From: Lachnospiraceae bacterium
GTDB taxonomy: Bacteria; Bacillota; Clostridia; Lachnospirales; Lachnospiraceae
Assembly: GCA_900769115.1 (NCBI GenBank)
Contig: CAAGFJ010000044.1
Coordinates: 7,140-71,139, forward strand
Length of the DNA: 64,000 bases
Direction: 5' to 3'
The translations under genes and the position numbers were made by a program. The notes beneath the pieces were generated by a model that was not told the DNA's origin, made no database searches, and worked only from the letters and a program-made list of their open reading frames with translations. Below, in pieces: positions 8,772 to 17,568 of this stretch (positions are counted from its first letter, which is position 1; every line of letters starts with the position of its first letter).

Positions 8772-9926
8772 ATGAAAGCAGGACTATATTTTGATAATGC
8801 GGCAACCACATATCCGAAGCCGGAGGAGGTCTATCAGGCAATGGACGAAACGGCAAGAACGATGGGAGTTAATGCCGGACGAGGTGGATATGAGGCGGCA
8901 AGACAGGCAAGTCGGTTGATTGAAGATACACGGGAACTGGTATTGCAGATGGTTCGGGCACAGTCCGGTGCACAGGTTGTATTCGCGGCATCTGCAACAC
9001 TTGCCATGAATCTGGTAATCGGTGGAATCGAGTGGAAGGATTCAGATGTGGTGTATGTATCACCATTTGAACATAACGCCGTTGCAAGAACGCTGCATGC
9101 TTATCAGGAGCAATATGGCTTTACCATCTTGGAACTGCCAATCTGTGAGGAACGGTTGCAGCTTGATCTTACGCAGATTCTATATGCATTTACCAAGAAT
9201 CCGCCGGATTATGTATTTATGAGCCATGTCAGCAATGTGACAGGGTACATTTTGGAGATCGAAGAAGTGAGCGGCATGGCACATGATAAAGGGGCAAAGG
9301 TAATCGTGGATGCGTCACAGTCATGTGGATTACTTCCAATCGATATTCGGAGTGGAATGATGGATGTTGTAGTGTTCGCCGGACATAAGACGATGTATGG
9401 ACCATTTGGCATAGGGGGCTATGTGAATAATACCGGTCTTTCCTTGCAGCCGCTTCTATATGGGGGAACCGGAACCGATTCGTTGAATCTTAACATGCCA
9501 CCGGGAATATCCGGACTAGAGCCGGGCAGCCCGAATATTATTGCTCTTGCAGGATTACGGGCGGGGCTTACTTATCTCAAAGAGCATAGAGGAATTGAGA
9601 AGAGGGAATGGGAACTGACGCAGTATCTGGTGTCGTGCATGGAACGTGTGCCACATGTTCACCTATATTTGCCATCCGACCGAGATCGTCATAGCAGTAT
9701 GGCAGCATTTAATATCGAGGGTTACAAGTCAGACGAAGTTGGTATGATATTAGATCAGGACTATGGAATTGCAGTTCGTACCGGATACCATTGTGCACCG
9801 TTCATCCACAAATACCTGAAAGATAAGGAGAGTCTGGGAGTGGTTCGGGCTAGTATCGGCTGCTTTACCACAAAAGAGGATGTGGATGTGTTGGTCGGAG
9901 CGGTGAAGGAGATTGCGGAGGAGTAG
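8772..9926 (+). CDS. sspA: Class V aminotransferase-fold cysteine desulfurase (SspA/DndA-like)
   Basis: FDNAATT start region, PLP-lysine context FAGHKTMYGPFGIGG and active-site-Cys context RTGYHCAP, as in SufS/NifS-type desulfurases. Confidence 0.8.
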   Translation: MKAGLYFDNAATTYPKPEEVYQAMDETARTMGVNAGRGGYEAARQASRLIEDTRELVLQMVRAQSGAQVVFAASATLAMNLVIGGIEWKDSDVVYVSPFEHNAVARTLHAYQEQYGFTILELPICEERLQLDLTQILYAFTKNPPDYVFMSHVSNVTGYILEIEEVSGMAHDKGAKVIVDASQSCGLLPIDIRSGMMDVVVFAGHKTMYGPFGIGGYVNNTGLSLQPLLYGGTGTDSLNLNMPPGISGLEPGSPNIIALAGLRAGLTYLKEHRGIEKREWELTQYLVSCMERVPHVHLYLPSDRDRHSSMAAFNIEGYKSDEVGMILDQDYGIAVRTGYHCAPFIHKYLKDKESLGVVRASIGCFTTKEDVDVLVGAVKEIAEE

Positions 9927-9953
9927 TAAGGAGAAAACGAAGGAGGAATCATT

Positions 9954-12245
9954 ATGGATTTAAAGGGAGCAGAGATTCGTAACATTATTGATTTGTGCAA
10001 GGATATTGGTGGGAAAGGAGAGGTTCCGCTATGCATTAATATTCCTTATTATCAGCGTCCTTATAAGTGGACGGAAGATCAGGTTGGCAATTTAATATCT
10101 GACTTTTATAAGAATAAGGCAGAAAATAAGGTAGAGGATAAGAAGGATAATGAGGCGGCAAAGTATTTTGTGGGATCAGTTGTGCTGGTCAAGAACGCAA
10201 GGGGAACAGATAGACATGATGTGATTGACGGACAGCAGAGATTAACGACGGTATTTTTGATGAATTATTTGCGTTTTCTATTGTTACGTTCATATATTCA
10301 AGAATTGTTAAGCGCGGGAAGAATTATAAGGGAGAGTGTATTGACGGATTTTGCACAAAGCTACGGGCAGTTATTTGGGCAAAAACATATGAATGCAATT
10401 AATCAGGTTAATGAGACAATTTTGGATGAAATGGAGACAATTACAGATAAAGATAAGGATCCTTGGGAATCTGTGTATAAGCATTTGTTACAACAATATG
10501 AGACAGCAGTATCATTGCCAACGAAAGATTTGTCAGATATGCGGCAATATTATTCGCAATATATTACAAGTCTATCTGGTTTTTTATCTCAAGACGAATT
10601 AGCATTGCGTTATAGTAGGGAAACATTTAATAAGAACTTAAAAGATGCATTGTCAAGGATTGTGGTAATTGTGTCAAAGGATAAAAATCCAGAAATTCAT
10701 GTAGATTATGATGTAAAGAAGGAAACCTGTCTGTCAAGCTATATTGAAGCAGTCAAATGTCAATTTACCTGTGTGTATGACAATGTGGTAAATGATGCAA
10801 AGGATTCATTGGATATGGTAAAGAAAATGATTGATGGCATTTCTGAAATGATTAATAATATTAATTTTTGTATGATTATGACTGGAAATGAAAGAGATGC
10901 CTATACGCTTTTTGAGGTGTTAAATGATCGTGCGCTTAAGATTGAAGATTTAGATCTGATTAAGAATCTTTACTATAAAGAATACTGTACCAAATCGAAT
11001 GATGACGATAACTACATAGATGCCAGAATACAGGAGCTAGACGAAATATGGGGAGATAAGGTATTTTCAAGAGATTTGCCGGATGCCAAGATCAAATTGA
11101 TCTCTTATCTGGGGACCATTTATCTGACTGCAGACGAAGATGTGTTTATTAATAAGGTTGAGAAATATCGGGAGATATTAGAGAAGAAGTATTTTGACTG
11201 TCACTACCATAAACAGACCAATCCTTATACATATGATAAGGTACTACGGGATGTCTGCATTTATCAAATGGTGAAAATTATAATTGGTGTATTCGATCTA
11301 CCCGTGAACAATGCAGCAGCAGAGGCAATTAAGGCAGAATGTGACATGGAGAAATCTATTACCTATAAGACGTTCCATTTGTTGAATGCGCTGAAGTTGC
11401 AGGGCGTAATGCCGGCTCTTGTAAATCTAATCATTAAGAAATATTTTATGTATTGTGAAGCGAAACAGCAGGAAGTGACAATGGAGGAATTTGAACAGTA
11501 TGTTTTAAAGATTGCAAAGGATAAGAATCATGAAAATGAAGATTTTCAAGATATTCATGTATGGTCACATAAGCTTTGGAAAATCGCATTGTATGCGGAT
11601 GGATATAAGATTCCAAGGGAAGTAGCTAAGAATATTGTTGCACGGGTATATGTGGATAAGTATGATCTGGATTCGTACGAGATTAAAAATGATCTGATTG
11701 AGGAGGCACAAGTGCAATTCAAGAACTGGACTTCAAATTGGATGTATAGTAAACCTGTTGAAGATTTGAAAATTAAGATACTACTGATTAATTTATTCCG
11801 GATGGAAAAGGTAGGCGAGACTTTAAAAACATGTTCGACAACGTATAGTTTTAAGACAGAACGATTACATTTGGATCATCTGGAAGCGGATAAGTATGAT
11901 AAGGTAAATGAGGAAAAATATTTTAAACCGAGTGATCCGAATGAGGAACGGGAAAAGTATACAAATGGTCTTGGTAATTTTATGATCTTAGACTATGAAA
12001 ATAATAATGAAAAAGATAACAAGCCATTATCAGACGGTTTAGAATATTATAATAATATGCGTCCAGGTCATTGGATGATTCAGGAGATAAGAGATATGCT
12101 GAATGATGATCATTATTCACAGATCAAGATGGGGAGTTATCGTGTGCCAACAGAAGCATTTTTCAATGAACGAAAAAGCAGATTGCAGGGTTATTTTATG
12201 TCTTTGTTGAATGGTAAATTGGATGAAGAGGAATTGGCTTTGTAG
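9954..12245 (+). CDS. sspE: DUF262 (ParB/DGQQR NTPase-like) + DUF1524 (His-Me finger nuclease) protein, SspE/GmrSD-like effector
   Basis: IPYYQRPYKW and DGQQRLTT at the N-terminus. LHLDHLEAD ... GNFMILDYENNNEKDNKP at the C-terminus. AGGAGG RBS before ATG 9954. Markedly AT-richer than the upstream genes. Confidence 0.65.
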   Translation: MDLKGAEIRNIIDLCKDIGGKGEVPLCINIPYYQRPYKWTEDQVGNLISDFYKNKAENKVEDKKDNEAAKYFVGSVVLVKNARGTDRHDVIDGQQRLTTVFLMNYLRFLLLRSYIQELLSAGRIIRESVLTDFAQSYGQLFGQKHMNAINQVNETILDEMETITDKDKDPWESVYKHLLQQYETAVSLPTKDLSDMRQYYSQYITSLSGFLSQDELALRYSRETFNKNLKDALSRIVVIVSKDKNPEIHVDYDVKKETCLSSYIEAVKCQFTCVYDNVVNDAKDSLDMVKKMIDGISEMINNINFCMIMTGNERDAYTLFEVLNDRALKIEDLDLIKNLYYKEYCTKSNDDDNYIDARIQELDEIWGDKVFSRDLPDAKIKLISYLGTIYLTADEDVFINKVEKYREILEKKYFDCHYHKQTNPYTYDKVLRDVCIYQMVKIIIGVFDLPVNNAAAEAIKAECDMEKSITYKTFHLLNALKLQGVMPALVNLIIKKYFMYCEAKQQEVTMEEFEQYVLKIAKDKNHENEDFQDIHVWSHKLWKIALYADGYKIPREVAKNIVARVYVDKYDLDSYEIKNDLIEEAQVQFKNWTSNWMYSKPVEDLKIKILLINLFRMEKVGETLKTCSTTYSFKTERLHLDHLEADKYDKVNEEKYFKPSDPNEEREKYTNGLGNFMILDYENNNEKDNKPLSDGLEYYNNMRPGHWMIQEIRDMLNDDHYSQIKMGSYRVPTEAFFNERKSRLQGYFMSLLNGKLDEEELAL

Positions 12246-12260
12246 AATTTTAGCTGCACT

Positions 12261-12305
12261 GCACTCAATGTTATTTACCTGTTATTTAGCACTCAATGTT
12301 ATTTA
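12261..12305. repeat. Two direct copies of GCACTCAATGTTATTTA
   Basis: Copies at 12261-12277 and 12289-12305, identical, 28-nt period. Confidence 0.85.
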
Positions 12306-12394
12306 GGTCGGAAAAAGTGTATATTTTATATTAAAACAGGTCGGAAAAAATGTATAAAACTATGTTGAATAGGTCGGAAAAAATGTGTTATACT
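12305..12394. repeat. Three phased direct repeats AGGTCGGAAAAA(A/G)TGT(A/G)T, the last abutting an extended -10
   Basis: Copies start at 12305, 12338 and 12371, an exact 33-nt period. TGtTATACT sits at 12386-12394, 28 nt upstream of ATG 12423. Confidence 0.85.
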
Positions 12395-12422
12395 ATAAAT
12401 AACATGGAAAGAGGGTGTTGGT

Positions 12423-13712
12423 ATGCAGCGGTTTGCTATGGATCAATTGTTACGTTGGAAAGATAAGGATAATCGAAAACCATTAGTTATTATGGGTGCA
12501 AGACAGGTTGGTAAGACCTGGTTAATGAAGGAATTTGGCAGGACCTGTTATAAGAAGGTGGCATACATTTCTTTTTATAATAACAGTCGTATGGACCAAG
12601 TGTTTCAGATGGATTTTGATGTGGAACGAATTCTTATGAATCTTAATATCGAAGCGGGTGTAACGATTACACCAGAGGATACACTTGTTATATTGGATGA
12701 GATACAGAATTCGCCGAAAGCATTAGAATCACTAAAATATTTCTGTGAAGAAGCACCACAATATCATATAGTGGCAGCAGGGTCACTGCTTGGAGTGGCA
12801 ATTCATGAAGGAGTGTCCTATCCGGTAGGTAAAGTTGATCTGTTAGATTTGTATCCTCTTAATTTCAGAGAATTTCTTTGTGCAATGGAAGAAAATGCTT
12901 TGTCAGATGCTCTGGCAACGAAGGATTATACGATTATTGATAATTTCTCAGAAAAATATCTATTTTGGATGAAGAACTATTATTATGTAGGCGGCATGCC
13001 GGGGGTAGTTGAGGAATTCCGGATGCACAAGGATTATAATGAGGTGCGCCAGATTCAGAGTGATATTGTTCGGCAGTATGAGGGAGATTTTGGAAAACAT
13101 ATTGATGCTAAGACATTGCCAAGAATTAGGATGGTATGGGATTCTATTCCAATACAGCTTGCAAAAGAGAATAAGAAATTCTTCTTTGGACAGATTAAAA
13201 AGGGTGCTCGTAGCAGTGATTATGAAATTGCCATCCAGTGGCTGGTTGATTGCGGTTTAATATATAAAGTAAATCGTGTAAACGAACCGCATATGCCACT
13301 CAAGGCATATAAGAGCATGAATGCCTATAAGTTGTTTCTGTTGGATGTAGGATTGTTAGGGGCATTGAGTGAATTGACTGCAGAATCCATTTTGGAAGGA
13401 AATGATATTTTTGTCGAGTTTAAAGGGGCATTGACAGAACAATATGTTTTACAACAACTAATCTCGGATACAGAATATACGCCGTATTATTTTGGTACAG
13501 AGAAATCGACATTTGAACAGGACTTTTTAATTCAAAAAGGAAAGAATGTTATTCCAATTGAAGTGAAGGCAGAAGGAAATACTCGATCCCAAAGTTTGAA
13601 AGTATATTGCGATAAATATCACCCGGAGAAAGCAGTTCGATTTTCTACTTTGAATTATATGGATCAAGGATGGATGGTCAATATACCGTTGTATGCAGTG
13701 TGCAATTTGTAA
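12423..13712 (+). CDS. AAA-family ATPase with DUF4143-type C-terminal region
   Basis: Walker A GARQVGKTW and Walker B LVILDEIQN. 429 aa, the typical size and architecture of AAA_14/DUF4143 proteins. Confidence 0.8.
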   Translation: MQRFAMDQLLRWKDKDNRKPLVIMGARQVGKTWLMKEFGRTCYKKVAYISFYNNSRMDQVFQMDFDVERILMNLNIEAGVTITPEDTLVILDEIQNSPKALESLKYFCEEAPQYHIVAAGSLLGVAIHEGVSYPVGKVDLLDLYPLNFREFLCAMEENALSDALATKDYTIIDNFSEKYLFWMKNYYYVGGMPGVVEEFRMHKDYNEVRQIQSDIVRQYEGDFGKHIDAKTLPRIRMVWDSIPIQLAKENKKFFFGQIKKGARSSDYEIAIQWLVDCGLIYKVNRVNEPHMPLKAYKSMNAYKLFLLDVGLLGALSELTAESILEGNDIFVEFKGALTEQYVLQQLISDTEYTPYYFGTEKSTFEQDFLIQKGKNVIPIEVKAEGNTRSQSLKVYCDKYHPEKAVRFSTLNYMDQGWMVNIPLYAVCNL

Positions 13713-13714
13713 AG

Positions 13715-13740
13715 AAAGGGAGCAAGGCTCTCTTTTATAT
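13715..13740 (+). terminator. Possible intrinsic terminator after the AAA ATPase gene
   Basis: AAAGGGAGC-AAG-GCTCTCTTT hairpin (9 bp with one G.U) running into TTTTATATTTT. Confidence 0.4.
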
Positions 13741-13940
13741 TTTGCACACATTCCCTTTTTGCGCATACTATAAGGATATAGATTGCCTCATTAGTCGGTA
13801 TGAAAATTCGTCCTGAATCTATTACAGAGTCATTGTCATTTGCGCGCATTTGTGAGAAAATACACAAGGGTGTGCGTTTCCCGTCGGTGGCGGGATTCGC
13901 ATAGCCGATTCAGGACTTTATAATAGGAGAAAAGGATAAG

Positions 13941-14246
13941 ATGGAAGAAACGGCATACACCTATATGGTGGAATGTGGGGATGGAAGTTTATATACGGGC
14001 TGGACGAATCATTTAGCAAAGAGGATTCAGAATCATAACCAGGGAAAAGGTGCTAAATATACCAGATCGAGACTTCCGGTGCATCTTGTGTATTATGAAG
14101 TGTTTGCAACGAAGCAGGAGGCTATGCAGCGGGAGTGTGCGATTAAGAAGTTGAAGCATAAGGACAAGCTGCAATTGATTGAGCAGCTGCAGAAAGATAA
14201 GAGTGATATGATTCAGCGGATTAACGAGACATTAACAGACGATTAA
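13941..14246 (+). CDS. GIY-YIG nuclease-family protein (UPF0213-like)
   Basis: YTYMVECGDGSLYTGWTNHLAKRIQNHN...AKYT. 101 aa. Confidence 0.85.
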   Translation: MEETAYTYMVECGDGSLYTGWTNHLAKRIQNHNQGKGAKYTRSRLPVHLVYYEVFATKQEAMQRECAIKKLKHKDKLQLIEQLQKDKSDMIQRINETLTDD

Positions 14247-14354
14247 AGGATGTTACAAATGTGATACAATCAGTTGATAAGAGTGTATTATATGATAATG
14301 AATTTTGAAAATGCAATAAGAACAGATAAGATATAACGATAAGAAGTGACAGAA

Positions 14355-15128
14355 ATGAACAAGAGATATCAGAAGTTTTATAAGAAACAGGGGAATAGAA
14401 GAGCGGGAAAAGGGAGAATCATGGATGCAAAGGAACGCAAGAGACGTTTGCTGGCAACCGGTATTTTTATGATTTCTGCTTTTTTTGTCATGTTAGCAGT
14501 GATCTATGCATTTCGCTATTTTTATAAGCAGGCACATATAGAAGAGGAAATGGTAACGACCGAAGAGGTGATTCAGGTACCTCCGCTTTCCGGCGTAGCA
14601 GAACAGTTTACGGATCTTCCTATTACAGAGGAATTCTTAGATGTCAACCAGTATTCCAGACCGGGGATTGCACTGTCAACGAATCCGGAGTATGTGGTCA
14701 TTCATTATACAGCGAATCCGGGATCAACGGCCGAACAGAACCGGAATTATTTTGAGAATCTGAAGGATACCGGGGAGACTTATGCGAGTGCGCAGTTTGT
14801 GATTGGATTAGAGGGTGAGATCATTCAGTGTGTGCCTTGTGACGAGATGGCGTATTGTTCCAATAGTCTCAATGACCGCTGCATATCTATTGAGATGTGC
14901 CATCCGGACGATACCGGGAATTTCAATGATGCAACGTATAATAATTGCGTGTATTTAGTAGCGCAACTCATGAATTATTATCATTTGGACATGGATCATT
15001 TGATCCGGCATTATGATGTGACGGGGAAGAATTGTCCGAAATATTTTGTGGAGCATGAAGACCGTTGGGAGGTCTTTAAAGACTTTGTGAAACAGTATCG
15101 GGAGAAATACCAAAATGGCGAAAAATAA
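14355..15128 (+). CDS. N-acetylmuramoyl-L-alanine amidase (Amidase_2/PGRP-type) with N-terminal membrane anchor
   Basis: YVVIHYTANPGSTAEQNRNYF...ISIEMCHPD and a TM helix LLATGIFMISAFFVMLAVIYAF. Start is ambiguous: GTG 14346, ATG 14355, or ATG 14421 preceded by GGGAG. Confidence 0.8.
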   Translation: MNKRYQKFYKKQGNRRAGKGRIMDAKERKRRLLATGIFMISAFFVMLAVIYAFRYFYKQAHIEEEMVTTEEVIQVPPLSGVAEQFTDLPITEEFLDVNQYSRPGIALSTNPEYVVIHYTANPGSTAEQNRNYFENLKDTGETYASAQFVIGLEGEIIQCVPCDEMAYCSNSLNDRCISIEMCHPDDTGNFNDATYNNCVYLVAQLMNYYHLDMDHLIRHYDVTGKNCPKYFVEHEDRWEVFKDFVKQYREKYQNGEK

Positions 15129-15319
15129 TTGAATATTATCTTGCAATATAATACGCTAGCAAGTATGATAGATATAGTGTTTCCGTAAGAAGGGAAACGC
15201 AACACATTGTAGTTGTGACAGAATAAGGGGATGGAATTTTTGAGGTGTGCCGATGTAGAAGAGGGGATGCTGATGGAAGAACGCCGTTGTCACGACATGC
15301 CTAAGAGAAGGGAGATATT

Positions 15320-16648
15320 ATGAGCAAATCAACAATCAACAAAGAGGCGATCTATGACGCAAGACAGCTTGGTGTACCAAGAATGTTAATTCTTGGTCTC
15401 CAGCATATGTTTGCCATGTTTGGTGCTACTGTATTAGTACCGCAGCTTACCGGGTTAAGCATTTCTGCAACTCTTTTGTTTGCAGGATTAGGAACTTTAT
15501 TATTTCATTTTCTGACCAAAGGAAAAGTACCGGCATTTCTGGGTTCATCCTTTGCGTTTTTGGCAGGATATGGTGCAATTGCACCGAATGGAGAACGGGA
15601 GCTTCTTCCATATGCCTGTTTTGGTGTTGTATTTGCATCATTGTTATATTTTGTGTTAGCCGCCTTGATCAAGATTTTCGGAATCAAGAAGGTTATGAAG
15701 TTCTTCCCACCAGTTGTAACCGGACCGATCATTATCTCGATCGGATTGACCTTATCACAGTCAGCGGTGGATAATTGTTCAGTGAACTGGATCGTTGCAT
15801 TAGTGGCTATCTTGATCGTTGTAATCTGTAACATCTGGGGGAAAGGAATGATCCGCGTTATTCCGATCATCTTAGGTGCGGTTGGTTCCTATGCGGCAGC
15901 GGTTGCATTTGGTGATGTGGATTTTACGGCAGTGAAAGAAGCAGCCTGGTTTGGAGCACCATTTGCTATGCAGGATACGGTATTCCATATTTTCGAAGCA
16001 CCGGACACTTCTTTAATGATCACGGCAATCATTACGATCATGCCAATTGCGATTGCTACAATGATGGAACATATTGGAGATATCGCAGCGATTTCTTCTA
16101 CGGTTGGTCAGAATTTCTTAGAAGATCCGGGACTTCATCGTACCCTGGTTGGCGATGGATTGGCAACCTTGGTGGCTTCTTTGTTTGGAGCACCTGCCAA
16201 TACAACATATGGAGAGAATACAGGTGTATTAACACTTTCGCGTGTGTATGATCCTAGAGTGATCCGGATTGCAGCATGTTTTGCAGTTCTGTTATCATTT
16301 TCGCCGAAATTTGCAGCAGTGATCAGCTCAATGCCGGCAGCAACCTGTGGTGGTATTTCAATCGTATTATATGGTATGATCTCAGCGGTTGGTGTCCGTA
16401 ATGTGGTTGAGAATCAGGTAGACTTCAAGGAGTCAAGAAATGTTATCATTGCAGCATTGATCTTAGTGTTGTCAATCGGTATCAAGTATAGTGCGGCAGG
16501 TGCCATCAACATTACGATAGGAGAAGTCAACATTGGATTGAGTGGTCTGGCTGTTGGAGCATTAGTAGGAATTATCTTAAATGCAGTATTGCCGGATTTC
16601 TCAACAGAAGAAGTGGTAGAGGGCAAGGAGCCAAAGTCATTAAAGTAG
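15320..16648 (+). CDS. pyrP: Uracil/xanthine permease (NCS2 family)
   Basis: LGLQHMFAMFGATVLVP NCS2 signature region. Polytopic, 442 aa. Located directly upstream of upp. Confidence 0.85.
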   Translation: MSKSTINKEAIYDARQLGVPRMLILGLQHMFAMFGATVLVPQLTGLSISATLLFAGLGTLLFHFLTKGKVPAFLGSSFAFLAGYGAIAPNGERELLPYACFGVVFASLLYFVLAALIKIFGIKKVMKFFPPVVTGPIIISIGLTLSQSAVDNCSVNWIVALVAILIVVICNIWGKGMIRVIPIILGAVGSYAAAVAFGDVDFTAVKEAAWFGAPFAMQDTVFHIFEAPDTSLMITAIITIMPIAIATMMEHIGDIAAISSTVGQNFLEDPGLHRTLVGDGLATLVASLFGAPANTTYGENTGVLTLSRVYDPRVIRIAACFAVLLSFSPKFAAVISSMPAATCGGISIVLYGMISAVGVRNVVENQVDFKESRNVIIAALILVLSIGIKYSAAGAINITIGEVNIGLSGLAVGALVGIILNAVLPDFSTEEVVEGKEPKSLK

Positions 16649-16758
16649 GAAGTTTGTAACAAGAGAGTTTTATATTATAGAAATATATAGAATAGGGTAA
16701 AGTATTTTGTGAACTTTAATACAGAACGAGAATGAAACCGGAGAGAAGGAGTATAATT

Positions 16759-17394
16759 ATGGAGAGAGAGAATGTAACAATTTTAGATCATCCGTTGATT
16801 CAGCATAAGATATCTATGCTGAGAGATGAGAGAACTGGAACGAATGAGTTCCGTAAGTTGGTAGAGGAGATTGCAACCCTGATGGGATTCGAGGCGTTGC
16901 GTGATCTTCCGTTAGAGGATGTTGAGGTGAAGACACCGATTGAGACTTGCATGACACCAATGATTGCAGGTAAGAAATTAGCAGTTGTACCGATTCTTCG
17001 TGCCGGACTTGGTATGGTCAATGGAATCTTAACTCTGGTTCCGTCAGCCAAAGTAGGTCATATTGGACTCTGTAGAAATGAAGAGACACATGAACCGGAA
17101 GAATATTACTGCAAGCTGCCACACCCAATTGATCAGCGTACAATTGTTGTTGTAGATCCGATGCTGGCAACTGGCGGTTCTGCAGTTGCTGCTGTGGATT
17201 TCATTAAGGCAAGAGGTGGTAAGAACATTAAGTTTATGTGCATTATTGCAGCACCGGAAGGAATTGATCGTCTGATGGAAGCACATCCGGATATTCATCT
17301 GTATGTTGGACATCTTGACAGATGCTTGAATGAAAATGCCTATATTATGCCGGGCCTTGGGGATGCAGGAGATCGAATCTTCGGAACGAAATAG
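16759..17394 (+). CDS. upp: Uracil phosphoribosyltransferase
   Basis: [18 protein letters not shown] loop [12 protein letters not shown] and C-terminal [17 protein letters not shown]. Start moved to ATG 16759 after GGAGAGAAGGAG. Confidence 0.92.
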   Translation: MERENVTILDHPLIQHKISMLRDERTGTNEFRKLVEEIATLMGFEALRDLPLEDVEVKTPIETCMTPMIAGKKLAVVPILRAGLGMVNGILTLVPSAKVGHIGLCRNEETHEPEEYYCKLPHPIDQRTIVVVDPMLATGGSAVAAVDFIKARGGKNIKFMCIIAAPEGIDRLMEAHPDIHLYVGHLDRCLNENAYIMPGLGDAGDRIFGTK

Positions 17395-17409
17395 ACTTAT
17401 ATAAAAAGA

Positions 17410-17493
17410 GCCATATCTGTTATGTCTTTATGGTACGCAGGCACGTTTGCACTTATACTGCCTACTTAACTATATAAGACAAACAGATATGGC
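17410..17493. terminator. Long imperfect hairpin between convergent upp and secreted-protein genes
   Basis: GCCATATCTGTT (17410-17421) pairs with AACAGATATGGC (17482-17493), with extended imperfect arms. Followed by TTAATTTATGTTTTTT. Confidence 0.45.
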
Positions 17494-17568
17494 TTAATTT
17501 ATGTTTTTTAGCATGTGTCATCTGCGTTATCTTCGAATAATATTATGCTATGCAAGCGGGAGACGTTA

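Noticed and set aside
10393-10602. 69-aa plus-strand ORF inside the DUF262/DUF1524 gene. Similar case: 13009-13260 inside the AAA ATPase gene.
   Set aside because: These are out-of-frame internal ORFs in AT-rich coding sequence, with no independent signals.
15129-15319. Possible PyrR attenuator or purine/xanthine-type riboswitch in the pyrP-upp leader. Hairpins noted: GTTTCC/GGAAAC at ~15180-15205 and GTTGTGACA / TGTCACGAC at ~15213-15295.
   Set aside because: I could not find the PyrR binding-loop consensus (..UCCAGAGAGG..) or purine-riboswitch conserved cores. No U tract follows the stems. The element is left unannotated.
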